A stretch of DNA of 64,000 nt from Candidatus Binatia bacterium (GCA_029248525.1 JAQWJE010000014.1:139561-203560), one strand, 5' to 3'. Positions 8,983 to 18,800 are shown, counted from the stretch's first letter. A program made the numbers and translations. Notes: generated from the letters alone by a model not told the origin.

Positions 8983-10260
8983 TTATTGGCCCGTGCGCCA
9001 TGAGTAGTAATCATCCGGAACGACAGCGCCAAGATGGCACATCCGACAGATCTGGGTCTGCTCAAAGGGACCGTAGGGCTGACGTATTTGCGAACCCAGC
9101 AGGCCGCGCGGCGTCTGCCATATTTCGATCAGGCCATCTGTCCCGAGCAATTCTACACGCGTTGCATCGATCCACCCATCGTAGCCCGCCGGAGCATTCT
9201 TTCCGACCAGCCATTGTTCGATCCGCCCGTAGCGCGCCTCGGAGGCTTCCCGCTGGTCGAGTGCCGCGTACGCCTCCGCGAGGTTGATCTCGGCACCGAC
9301 CTGCTTGAAGGGAGCTAGCGATGTTGTGCGCACGACGCTCCAGTTCTCACCGTCGTTGAACCCGTCGATCCCGAACTGGATCGGATCCTCCGGCGAGTTC
9401 AGAAGGCTGGTATGCCCCGACAGCCCCACATAGCGCAGTTCCGAACCGTAACCGACATTATATTTCGGCGAGGGTCGACCGAAGAGCAACGCGACCTTGA
9501 GCATTTTATCGAGTACACCCTCCCCGTCGAGTCGCGACGATTCGACCCGCGACTCCAGCAGAAACTCGGCAAGCGAGAGGTAATAGAGCCCCATGGCAAG
9601 CGCATTGGGGTTGTAGACGTTCAGACGAATTGAGCGCACGATGTCGCTTGCACCACTCACGATATAGCGGATTCCCGCGGGGTCGCCCGGAGCGTATGCG
9701 GTATAGACCATGGTATTGCCAAAAGCCGCGAGCTTGAAGATCCGTGCCCGGTAGGTGCTCTCGCTGGCCGTTGCGTAGGCAACCGAATCCTGCGCCCACG
9801 ATTTCATTTCTTCAACCGCAGTATTTTGCACGATTGCCCAGAATTTCCTCTCCATCGCGAGCTCGAGATTCGAATCCTGCTCGCAGGGCGTGGAGGAATC
9901 TCCATCCGTACAGTCCGCTGGATACTCCACATTGGGGATCGTTGGCGTCAGCGGGATGCCGGCGGGCCATGCCGCCGGCTGCGGCGGGGCCGCTACGACC
10001 GGCAGAACACTCATCGGGCGAGCCAGGCCATCATCACCGGACGCTATCCTTGCTGCGGATTCCTCCTCGGCAAGCTCCACTGTGTCCTCCAGAACATCGA
10101 GCAGCTGATCTCGAGAAACCCTCAAATCCGCAAGGGCTCCTTCCAACCCCTGATTTTGGCCTCCGGGCGAAGAACCCGAATCGCCGCAAGCACTCAAGAC
10201 CATCGCGGTCGCCAAAACCGAACAAGAAGAAACGAGAGAACGAAAAAAGACAGAGGACAT
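8983..10260 (-). CDS. Lipoprotein of unknown function with a single C-terminal CxxCH heme-binding motif
   Basis: Lipobox LSAC; CRMCH near the C-terminus; mainly helical body. Confidence 0.65.
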   Translation of the reverse strand: MSSVFFRSLVSSCSVLATAMVLSACGDSGSSPGGQNQGLEGALADLRVSRDQLLDVLEDTVELAEEESAARIASGDDGLARPMSVLPVVAAPPQPAAWPAGIPLTPTIPNVEYPADCTDGDSSTPCEQDSNLELAMERKFWAIVQNTAVEEMKSWAQDSVAYATASESTYRARIFKLAAFGNTMVYTAYAPGDPAGIRYIVSGASDIVRSIRLNVYNPNALAMGLYYLSLAEFLLESRVESSRLDGEGVLDKMLKVALLFGRPSPKYNVGYGSELRYVGLSGHTSLLNSPEDPIQFGIDGFNDGENWSVVRTTSLAPFKQVGAEINLAEAYAALDQREASEARYGRIEQWLVGKNAPAGYDGWIDATRVELLGTDGLIEIWQTPRGLLGSQIRQPYGPFEQTQICRMCHLGAVVPDDYYSWRTGQ

Positions 10261-10367
10261 GAACGCCCTTTTGCCTCAAGAAGTCTCCTTCGGTCAAACC
10301 GGAAAATCTGGAACTATTCTCCGCTAAACCAAATCGGAAGCCGCGGAGGACTCACATACCCTTGCGA

Positions 10368-10394
10368 CATACCGGCCATACCGGCCATACCGGT
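10368..10394. repeat. 9-bp tandem repeat x3 (CATACCGGC, last copy imperfect)
   Basis: cataccggc cataccggc cataccggt in the intergenic region. Confidence 0.7.
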
Positions 10395-10434
10395 TGTGCC
10401 GAGGGTACCGGAGACCATGATCCGGGACGCCGCT

Positions 10435-11271
10435 TCACGTCAAGGTTTTCTCCAAGGCCCGGCCGGTCGCTCTTTGATAAAAAACGCCGAGTGCATCTGA
10501 AAACCTCTGCGGGAAGAGCCGCGACAAGATATCGATCACGACGGCATCGAAGCCGACCAATTGGCGCTTTCGGTTCTTCAACATCCCTCGGATAATGATG
10601 CTCGCCGCCTTTTCGGCGGAAGTACCTGCGATCTGATCAAAACGTGTGATTTTCTCTTCATGGAGGTCGTCGGACTCGTAGCTTCGGGCATTGCGAGCGA
10701 TATCCGTCTTGACGCCGCCGGGATGCACAGAGGTGATATGAACCGAGGTTCCATTCAATTCTTGTTGAAGAGTTTGATTCAAGGCTTTCACCGCGTGCTT
10801 CGCACACGCATAGGGGCCGTTCATCGGGGTCGATACAAAGCCGTTGACGCTGGAAATATTCACGATGTGAGCATCGGGTCGTTTTTTCAGATGCGGCAAG
10901 AATGCTTTGGTGCCGTAGAGGACTCCGTAGAAAACGATTCGAAACACCCAATCAAAATCTTCGTAGGAGATCTCTTCCACGGTCGCGATGGAGGCGACGC
11001 CCGCGTTGTTGATGATGCCGTCCACATGCCCGTGAACCTTGATTGTCTCTTCTGCCCAGGCGTAGACCTGATCGCGATCGGCCACGTCGACCAAATGCGT
11101 GGTGACCTTGACCTCCTTTGATACGAGATCCTCAGTCGTGCGCAGACCTGCCTGGTCGACATCCGAGAGCGAGAGATGGCTTCCCTGATCGGCCAATTGA
11201 ATCGCCAGACACCGACCGATCCCAGACCCGGCACCGGTGATGGCAATCACTTTTCCGTGCAAATTTTTCAT
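10435..11271 (-). CDS. Short-chain dehydrogenase/reductase (classical SDR)
   Basis: True start MKNLHG (ATG 11271, RBS GAGGA); TGAGSGIG, NNAG, YACAK motifs. Confidence 0.9.
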   Translation of the reverse strand: MKNLHGKVIAITGAGSGIGRCLAIQLADQGSHLSLSDVDQAGLRTTEDLVSKEVKVTTHLVDVADRDQVYAWAEETIKVHGHVDGIINNAGVASIATVEEISYEDFDWVFRIVFYGVLYGTKAFLPHLKKRPDAHIVNISSVNGFVSTPMNGPYACAKHAVKALNQTLQQELNGTSVHITSVHPGGVKTDIARNARSYESDDLHEEKITRFDQIAGTSAEKAASIIIRGMLKNRKRQLVGFDAVVIDILSRLFPQRFSDALGVFYQRATGRALEKTLT

Positions 11272-11513
11272 GATCAATTCCTCTGGTTCGATTGAGCAGT
11301 ATGAGGCCTCTGGTGCGGAGCAAACCTGAACTCCCGTTTTGTAGCAAGAGAACTCAGGCGCCCCGACCGGGCTCGCCGCAGTTCGGACCGCGGCCCGAAC
11401 CATATACCCGTTGCACATGCGGGATGCGCCAAGTATTCGACTGCATACCGCCGGCCAAGCGGTCCCCCCACCGTAAGCTGATTTTCCAGCAGCAATACGG
11501 ATTGAAAAACTCG

Positions 11514-12683
11514 ATGCCAAACTTTCTCAGCAACGCAGACTGGAGCTTCCCCGTACCGATTCGATACGGCCCGGGCCGGCTCTCCGAGATCGGGGTCGCC
11601 TGCAAGGAGCATCGTCTTGCGAATCCGTTGATTGTGACCGACCGCGGCAGTCGCGATTTGCCGTTTATCGAATTGGTCAGCAGAGCCTGTCATTCCGCAG
11701 GCGTGCAAAGTTCGGTATTCAGTGATGTCTCGCCAAACCCTACCGACCGGAACATCGCGCTGGGGAAAGCCGCGTTCAACAAAGGTCGGCATGACGGGAT
11801 CATTGCCATCGGCGGTGGCAGTGGCATGGATGCGGGAAAGGCAATCAGCCTCGTCAGCCGGAGCAATACGGATCTATGGGCATTTGATTACGACCAGTCG
11901 GAGGCTCCGGACCTGAGTTTCGAGGCATTCGCACCGCTTGTGTGCGTCCCGACAACCGCTGGTACCGGTGCGGAGACCGAAAGTACGGCGATGCTCACCG
12001 ATACCGCGGTCGGCACGAAACGTTGTGTTTGGCATCGCCACCAGAAGCCTCTTCTGGCCATCCTCGATCCGGAACTCACCGTCAAATTACCGCCCGACCT
12101 TACCGCCTGGACTGGTTGTGATGCTCTCGTTCACGCGATCGAAGCACTCTCGGTGCCTGACCTGAACCCTCTCTGCGATGGGCTGGCGCTTGAATCCATT
12201 CGGCTCATCACTGGTTCGCTGGAAAAGGCCGTGGCGCATGGCGACGACCTCGAGGCCCGCGGCGCGATGCTGGTCGGTTCGTGCCTTGCAGGGATCTCGT
12301 TTCTCAAGGGCTTGGGGCTGGTCCATGCCATGAGTCATATGGTTGGCGCGGTCTGTGATACCCATCATGGCTTGACCAACGCCGTGCTGCTGCCTCCGGT
12401 CCTGCTCTTCAACAGGGCGGCATTGGAGGAAAAAGCCCCTCTGATCAGCGACGCCATGGGCTTGGGGACAGAGGATTTTGACTCGATGTATGCCGGTATC
12501 GTTGGGCTGTTGGACGAGCTGAAAATTCCCCGTGGTCTCGCGGACCTTCAGGTTCCCGAAGAGGCGCTCGACGCCATCGCGGAAAAAGCTATCACCGATT
12601 CGGCGCGAGCGACCAATCCGGTCCCGTCGACAGTCCGGGATATTCGCGCACTCCTCGGCAGATCCTTCGTGAATGCGCGCTGA
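11514..12683 (+). CDS. Iron-containing alcohol dehydrogenase
   Basis: GGGSGMD, PTTAGTG, DALVHAIE, GLVHAMSH, HHG motifs; start placed at MPNFLS (ORF track extends upstream). Confidence 0.9.
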   Translation: MPNFLSNADWSFPVPIRYGPGRLSEIGVACKEHRLANPLIVTDRGSRDLPFIELVSRACHSAGVQSSVFSDVSPNPTDRNIALGKAAFNKGRHDGIIAIGGGSGMDAGKAISLVSRSNTDLWAFDYDQSEAPDLSFEAFAPLVCVPTTAGTGAETESTAMLTDTAVGTKRCVWHRHQKPLLAILDPELTVKLPPDLTAWTGCDALVHAIEALSVPDLNPLCDGLALESIRLITGSLEKAVAHGDDLEARGAMLVGSCLAGISFLKGLGLVHAMSHMVGAVCDTHHGLTNAVLLPPVLLFNRAALEEKAPLISDAMGLGTEDFDSMYAGIVGLLDELKIPRGLADLQVPEEALDAIAEKAITDSARATNPVPSTVRDIRALLGRSFVNAR

Positions 12684-12748
12684 GGCAGGCGCCCCGTGCG
12701 CCTCCCCCCGCTATTCAGCCTCGGCCACACCTGTTAGGAGTGGCTGCC

Positions 12749-13465
12749 ATGACGATGCCTACCAGCGACGAGAAGCTCTTCGAGATCATGTACAGCTGCC
12801 GCGCCATGCGGCGACTCAAACCCGACCCGGTCCCCGAAGAGACCCTGCTGCAGCTGGTCGACGCGGGCCTTCACGGCCCCAGCGGCAGCAATGCGCAAAA
12901 CTGGAAATTCATCATCGTCCGCGAGACGGCCACCAAGGAGAAAATGCACGCGCTCTGGAAGCAGACGTGGGGCTTCTACATGGACACCTTCGCCGTCGCA
13001 GATCCTCGGCCTGGCGAGGACGTGGCCGCCCGTGATCGGATTACCAAGGCGGCTACCTGGCAACTCGACCACTTCGTCGAGATTCCCGCATTCATCTGCG
13101 TCTGCGTCGCGCGCGACGAAGCCATGGCCAAAGCCCTCGCATCACCGTCCACGTTAACGAGCGCTGTGCGCCATCTCGGATTGGGAGGCGCGCTGCGGCT
13201 GGCGACAAGCGGCGGACGGACGGCCGGGATCGCCGACGGCGCCACCGCCTTTCCGGCGGTGCAGAACATCCTGCTCGCAGCCCGCGCCCTTGGGCTCGGT
13301 GCCGTACTCACCACCCAGCATTTTTTCGTGCCGGGAGAGTTCGAGAAAATCCTGGGCATGCCGTCCACAAGCACGCTGGCCGCGATCATTCCGGTAGGTT
13401 GGCCGACCGGCAAATTCGGTTCCGTCAAGCGTCCCAACCCGGCCGACGTCGTAAGTTGGGTTTGA
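12749..13465 (+). CDS. Nitroreductase family protein
   Basis: RAMRRLKPDPVP, PSGSNAQNW, QNILLAARALGLG motifs; AGGAG RBS before ATG 12749. Confidence 0.85.
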   Translation: MTMPTSDEKLFEIMYSCRAMRRLKPDPVPEETLLQLVDAGLHGPSGSNAQNWKFIIVRETATKEKMHALWKQTWGFYMDTFAVADPRPGEDVAARDRITKAATWQLDHFVEIPAFICVCVARDEAMAKALASPSTLTSAVRHLGLGGALRLATSGGRTAGIADGATAFPAVQNILLAARALGLGAVLTTQHFFVPGEFEKILGMPSTSTLAAIIPVGWPTGKFGSVKRPNPADVVSWV

Positions 13466-13534
13466 GCCTCGATCCGACGCCCGACCGGTGCGGGTTACGG
13501 AGCAGAGAGCGAAGTCGGAACGGAGTGTGGCCGA

Positions 13535-14551
13535 TTGAAAAAGGTTCTGAAATACGGCGCGGTCCTGCTTGCTCTGTTGGTCTTGAGCGGTGCGGTATAC
13601 CAAGGGGTCCGGAGCGCGGCTGACCGAACGGCCTACCCGGTACCGGGCGAAATGGTAATGGTCGACGGGTTGGATCTTCACCTGGACTGCCGAGGGTCGG
13701 GGCATCCTGTCGTGCTGTTGGAGGCAGGGCTTACCACAGGCTCCACCAGCTGGGCGCTGGTACAGGACGAAATCGCCTCCTTCACGCGCGTATGCGCCTA
13801 CGACCGCCCCGGGATCGACTGGAGTGAACCCATTGACGGAACGGCCGGCCCGGTGGAGGTGGCGCAGCGACTACACCGACTGATCGAAGTGGCCGAAGTC
13901 GACGGCCCGTGGATCCTCGTGGGGATGTCCGCCGGAGGCGTCTACGCACGAGAGTATTTTGACGCCTACCCCGAAGGCGTGGTCGGGATGGTGCTGGTGG
14001 ATTCCTCACACGAGGAACAAGGGCTCAGGCTTCCGAGCGAGGATGGGAGCCTGCTGGATTTGGCACAGCCGCTCGCCATCTGCAGCTACTTGCAGCCACT
14101 GGGTCTGATTCGTGCGCTCGGGATTGTGGACGAGTCCATCGAGATGTTCTGGCAGGTGGACATCCCTCCGTCAGCCGAAGGTGCGATCAAGTCCAATGCC
14201 AATCAATCGCACGCATGCGGAGCGCTCTACTACGAGATGGTGAGCTTCGACGAAACACTGGCGCAGCCCCGTGCGCCCCGCTCGCTTGGAGATCTGCCCT
14301 TGATTGTCCTCTCTCAGGGGGTCGAGCCCTACGCGGTCGAAGAATTGGGTGTCTCCCTTGAGTCAGCCCGAGCGCAGCGAGCCGCCTGGGATGAATTGCA
14401 GGAAGAACTGGCCCGACTCTCCACGCGGGGAGAGCGGCGAGTCGCCAAGCAGAGCGGTCACCTGATCCAGATAGAGCAGCCCGAAATCGTCATCGAGGCG
14501 ATTCGTGACATGGTCGTGGCCCAGCGTCAGGTCGCGGCCCCAAGCGGCTGA
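13535..14551 (+). CDS. Alpha/beta hydrolase with N-terminal signal/anchor
   Basis: YDRPG, GMSAGG nucleophile elbow, LVDSS, SGH; hydrophobic N-terminus. Confidence 0.85.
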   Translation: MKKVLKYGAVLLALLVLSGAVYQGVRSAADRTAYPVPGEMVMVDGLDLHLDCRGSGHPVVLLEAGLTTGSTSWALVQDEIASFTRVCAYDRPGIDWSEPIDGTAGPVEVAQRLHRLIEVAEVDGPWILVGMSAGGVYAREYFDAYPEGVVGMVLVDSSHEEQGLRLPSEDGSLLDLAQPLAICSYLQPLGLIRALGIVDESIEMFWQVDIPPSAEGAIKSNANQSHACGALYYEMVSFDETLAQPRAPRSLGDLPLIVLSQGVEPYAVEELGVSLESARAQRAAWDELQEELARLSTRGERRVAKQSGHLIQIEQPEIVIEAIRDMVVAQRQVAAPSG

Positions 14552-14676
14552 ATCCGTCCGCCCTGCCGAGCGGCAGAAACCCTACCTGCAGCCGCAACTA
14601 TCGATGACCTTTCCTCGCGGAGAGCCAGGACGCGTCCCCGATGAGTTGGACCGTACTTCTGCTCGAGATGCTTCGC

Positions 14677-16251
14677 CTAGGCGACCGAGAGGAGACGATG
14701 CGCCCCGACCAGCCGTTCCTGAATCGGGATCCCTACCGGGCAAGATCCGGCACAGGGAGCGGGACAACTCGCACAGGCGGATGCGTCATGAGACAGCTTC
14801 GCGTAGGCCTCGATCCCCGATCGCTCGGCGCGGTAGTCCTCGAAGTACATGCGATGCCGCAGAACATCGGGGATAGCGACATCATTCGGACAGGAATCGA
14901 GGCAATCACCGCAATGAGGACCACAATAGGTGCCGCGGATCTGCTGGTCGTAGCGTGCGAGTCGCGCCATATCGGTGCCCTCCGGACGACCACCCGATGC
15001 GTAGAGGTACTCGTCGAGATGCTGCAGCTCGAAAAACGAAATGATCGAGCAGGAAACATCCGGATTCGAATTCACCCATTTCAGTGCCGACTGGGCATAG
15101 GAACTCGCATCGTCCTGGAAGCCCTCGAGCCCATGGTGCTTGGCCCCCTTGAGGGTCTTCATGGCAACGACACCCATATCCTGTTCCCGGCGCGCCTTGG
15201 CGATCAAGCGATTCAGTTCCGGCCAGATGCCGTGATGGTAGGCGACCATCATCACATCAAATTTACCCGAGTCGATCGCCGCATCAGCGACCTCGGTCAG
15301 CTTTGGCGTGTGGGAGGAAAAGCCGAGAAATCGCGCCTTGCCCTCTTCTCGCAACTCGGCAAACGCCTGGTGCATATTGGGGTCCATCAACCGGTCGACG
15401 TCATCGCAGGAGTGCACATGAATCAGGTCGACATAGTCTGTCCCGAGCCGACCAAGGCTCGCATAGATGACCTCCTTGTACTCCGAGACCGATGTCCCTG
15501 CGGGCAGATGCCCGATCGGCGTACAGAATTTGGTCGCTAGAAAAAGTTCCTCGCGGGGGCGATCCTGAATCGCAAGACCGACCGCCTCCTCGGAGCCTGC
15601 AGCGGAATAGTCCGGTGCGGTGTCGATGTAGTTCACCCCTCGGTCGAGAGCGAGCTTGACGACCTCCGTGCCCTTGTCTCCCCGGATCTGGCCGGCTCCA
15701 AGGACGATATCTGACACCGGCCAGTCCGTCCGACCCAATCGGCCGTACGACTGCACGCGACTACCTCGCCACGGCGCTTCGAGGGTGGGATGCGTTTTCA
15801 CAACGTCACCACCAAAGACCTCGCCCACAGGCCGTTGCCAGCCCGGCCCGCCGGTCCCCCAGCCCAAAAAGGTGCGCCCGACCATTGTACCACCGCCGGC
15901 AACAATGGCTCCCGCACCCGTCGCCATGCTGGCGAGCAGCGTGCGCCTTGCCGAAGCCGGTGCGGCCCCGGCGCCAACCTCCTCGGCACCGCGAGCACGC
16001 AGAACCTGTCGCATTCCGAAAAAGGCAAAAACGCCAAGCAGAAAAATAAGGACAAAGGCCGAGATCATCCCGCCAACAGCCTTCGTGGCCTCCGGCATCA
16101 CGGTCATCACGGCAGATTGGAGTCTCTCACCTCCCGGAAAGGCCGAGGAATCCAGACCGACAAGAGAGTCGTAGAGCAAAGGGCCAGCGACGAAAAGGCC
16201 GATAGCAGCACTCGTTCCCAAGGCGGCCAGAGCAACGGTTGTGGGACGCAT
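14677..16251 (-). CDS. Aldo/keto reductase with C-terminal 4Fe-4S dicluster domain and N-terminal membrane extension
   Basis: ATG 16251 with GGAGG RBS; LGRT, DTAPDY, ATK, SL.RLGTDYVDL..H; CGPHCGDCLDSCP and CASCPAPCAGSCP. Confidence 0.85.
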   Translation of the reverse strand: MRPTTVALAALGTSAAIGLFVAGPLLYDSLVGLDSSAFPGGERLQSAVMTVMPEATKAVGGMISAFVLIFLLGVFAFFGMRQVLRARGAEEVGAGAAPASARRTLLASMATGAGAIVAGGGTMVGRTFLGWGTGGPGWQRPVGEVFGGDVVKTHPTLEAPWRGSRVQSYGRLGRTDWPVSDIVLGAGQIRGDKGTEVVKLALDRGVNYIDTAPDYSAAGSEEAVGLAIQDRPREELFLATKFCTPIGHLPAGTSVSEYKEVIYASLGRLGTDYVDLIHVHSCDDVDRLMDPNMHQAFAELREEGKARFLGFSSHTPKLTEVADAAIDSGKFDVMMVAYHHGIWPELNRLIAKARREQDMGVVAMKTLKGAKHHGLEGFQDDASSYAQSALKWVNSNPDVSCSIISFFELQHLDEYLYASGGRPEGTDMARLARYDQQIRGTYCGPHCGDCLDSCPNDVAIPDVLRHRMYFEDYRAERSGIEAYAKLSHDASACASCPAPCAGSCPVGIPIQERLVGAHRLLSVA

Positions 16252-16481
16252 GAGAGATTCCTCCAATCGCAGGAAACCTGCGCAGCCAGCCTCGGAAATG
16301 AAGCCTTGACCAAGACTAGCCCAGCTACCTCGTTTTCCCAACAGGTCATTTCGCGGCTGCCGAGGGGTGCACCTTCCGGATGCCCCTCAGTCCGGCACCA
16401 AAGGTCACCCACACGTGCATCCCGGAACGACGCGGCCAGCACCTGGCCGAGAAAAGGCTCGTAATCACAACGGCAATCCGA

Positions 16482-16558
16482 CGGCTCCCGCGTGACTCGA
16501 ACGCGCAATCCAAAGATCAAAAATCGGATCAAACACAACCCGCCGAAGCTCCACCCGA
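16482..16558 (-). pseudogene. Decayed copy of tRNA-Arg(CCT), possibly an old att remnant
   Basis: T-arm GCGCGTTCGAGTCACGC matches the tRNA T-arm at 16/17; hand alignment of the 3' 48 nt gives 33/48 identity with mostly transition mismatches; acceptor and anticodon stems no longer pair. Confidence 0.55.
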
Positions 16559-16691
16559 CGCGGGTGAGGAGTCCCGACTCGACTGAAGTACCCTCCCCGC
16601 GAAATAGGTTTCGGGTTCGCACTGACCGACGCGTTACAACTCGAGTGTTTTTTCATGGAAGGCTTCACCCCCGTTGCGCCGCTTCCCGGAT

Positions 16692-18341
16692 TCAGTAGAT
16701 GCAGCTGCAGGCGCCTTGAGACGAGCACAGGCCACCGCAGATCGAGCAACTTTCGCCACTGGCACAGGCCCCCGGGGTGCATATCCCATCCGTGCAGATG
16801 TCAGAGCGGGTACAAAGTGTGCCATCGCAGCTCGCCGGCCCGTTTGGTTTGAACTGACAGTCCGCCCCACAGCACGACGTCGCTTTGCCGTTCTTCGAGC
16901 CCTCGTCGCATTGCTCACCTGCATCGACCGACTCATTCCCGCACAACTGCAGATCAACGAGAGCTTCCTCGCAATCGAGTCGAGGGAAGGACAACCCATT
17001 GCTTGCATCGGTAACCAGCACCGAGGAGCTCTTGAGTGCATTCTCGATCGACTCGGGGGTGCGCGACGGATCGTCTTCGATCAGCAGAGCGGCGCAAGAC
17101 GCAGCGATCGGGGCAGCCTGCGAGGTCCCGGCGTAGGTGGAAGCACCACCTCCCATCCCGGTAGATGTCATCCAGGCCCCCGGCGCGAAGAGGTCCGTGG
17201 TGGAGCTGCTATTGCTGAAGCACGTGACTTGGTCCGCAGTCGTTCCCGACTCCGAGCAGCCCAATACACTGGGCGAACCTTCCGCCGCATCCCACACGGC
17301 TCCAACCGAGATGGCATTCCCGACACAGGCAGGGACCTGCATATCGACTCCCGAGCCGTTGTTGCCGGTCGAGACAAAAGTCATCACTCCGTTCGCCCGA
17401 AGGGTATCGATGGCCGCAGCAAAGCCCATGGTATAGCTGGTCGCGCTGTCACAATTACCGGGGAATCGAGCCTCGGTGCCCAGGCTCATATTCACGACGC
17501 GCACCTCGGGATGGTTGTTGATCAGGTACTCAAGCCCGGCGATCACATCCGATGCGCAGCAGAAAGAGTTATTATCGTCGAGAACCTTGATGGCGATGAT
17601 TTTTGCGGCCGGCGCACCCCCTGTCGGGGCCTCGGTGCCCGCGAATCCGTTTGCTGCGGCACCGGAGGTAATCACCCCCGTCACATTGGTGCCATGGCCG
17701 TGGTCATCCTCGGCCGCGCCAGTTCCGCTCTCTGCCGTTCCTCCGCCCGGACAGCAACCCCCGCCACCGCTGCAGAAGCAGGCCTCACCCGCGAGATCGC
17801 CAGCCAAGTCGGGATGGTCCGAGTCGTAGCCGCTGTCGAGGACCGCAACGCTGATCCCTGCACCTGTCAGCCCGTCGTTCAGGCGAAGGCTGTCCATCTT
17901 TGTCAGGGGCAGAGCCTCGGTCAAATTTCCGCGGCCCGGAGCATCGATGTCCACACGCAGAACCTCGGGGTGATTGACCAGTTCCAGAACTCCATTGGCC
18001 GTGACCCGCCCGGCCAACGCACCGATTGTCTCAAAGCGGTGCCGTAATTCGAATTGGCCCGGTTTGAGACGACCGAGAATGGACTCGCCAGTACTGGCGA
18101 TCAGGGACCGATTCCGGCTGAGCATCTTTCCTCTCGCCTGCGTCTGCTTTTCCCCGGGGGCCCGAAAAGCAATCATGACCCGGACGAAGCCCTTCGAACG
18201 GAGCCCATCGATGACTCCCTCCGAGACAATTCCCGACGCTCGAATCCGCTGCTCCGCATCACTCGAAAACGCCCAGACCCCCTCTGCGATGGCGAGAGCT
18301 CCAGCGCCCAACAACAGAAGCAGCAATTTCACCCTCGTCAT
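16692..18341 (-). CDS. Secreted subtilisin-like serine protease (S8) with C-terminal Cys-rich repeat
   Basis: Signal peptide from MTRVKL; catalytic VLDSG, HGT, GTSQAAP; tail CGNESVDAGEQCDEG resembling myxobacterial Cys-rich repeats. Confidence 0.9.
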   Translation of the reverse strand: MTRVKLLLLLLGAGALAIAEGVWAFSSDAEQRIRASGIVSEGVIDGLRSKGFVRVMIAFRAPGEKQTQARGKMLSRNRSLIASTGESILGRLKPGQFELRHRFETIGALAGRVTANGVLELVNHPEVLRVDIDAPGRGNLTEALPLTKMDSLRLNDGLTGAGISVAVLDSGYDSDHPDLAGDLAGEACFCSGGGGCCPGGGTAESGTGAAEDDHGHGTNVTGVITSGAAANGFAGTEAPTGGAPAAKIIAIKVLDDNNSFCCASDVIAGLEYLINNHPEVRVVNMSLGTEARFPGNCDSATSYTMGFAAAIDTLRANGVMTFVSTGNNGSGVDMQVPACVGNAISVGAVWDAAEGSPSVLGCSESGTTADQVTCFSNSSSTTDLFAPGAWMTSTGMGGGASTYAGTSQAAPIAASCAALLIEDDPSRTPESIENALKSSSVLVTDASNGLSFPRLDCEEALVDLQLCGNESVDAGEQCDEGSKNGKATSCCGADCQFKPNGPASCDGTLCTRSDICTDGICTPGACASGESCSICGGLCSSQGACSCIY

Positions 18342-18614
18342 GCGAATGCGATCGTTCCCCCAAGAAGCCCCGCTCATTGATTCGGTCAATCCGATCTCCG
18401 GCATCGAGTAAAGGTTGATGCCATGGTCGTCAGGTTGCCTCGGGCGCAGGCCACTACGCAACACGAAAGAAATCTTTTCCTAGCCGGCGCCCTATCGGTC
18501 AATCCTGCGTTTGTCCGATTCTCGTTTTTGCGCGGCCGGCACGTTGAAAATGGGACAGAACCACATCCACAAGGCACAGCCGCGAAAAGCTCGCGACTGC
18601 AGAACCAATCCAAC

Positions 18615-18688
18615 TGCCCCCGGCGTGACTCGAACACGCGACCTACAGATTAGGAATCTGGCGCTCTATCCACCTGAGCTACGGGGGC
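18615..18688 (-). tRNA. tRNA-Arg(CCT)
   Basis: GCCCCCG acceptor stem, GCTC/GAGC D-arm, anticodon loop TTCCTAA, T-arm GCGTG-TTCGAGT-CACGC; CCA not encoded. Confidence 0.95.
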
Positions 18689-18800
18689 TTTGGATTGGCT
18701 GGAAGTGTCTTTCCTAACGCAGGCGGCGGTCGCCTGCATCAACGGCCATCGCCCGGACCCGCAGAAGTCAGGGTCGGCGCAGGCCGGCATCAGGTTCGGG

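Noticed and set aside
11272..11513. N-terminal extensions in the ORF track for the SDR and Fe-ADH (also pnp, nusA, truB, rpsO, S8 protease, AKR)
   Set aside because: The extensions overlap neighbouring genes or lack homology; downstream starts fit family lengths and mostly have an RBS.
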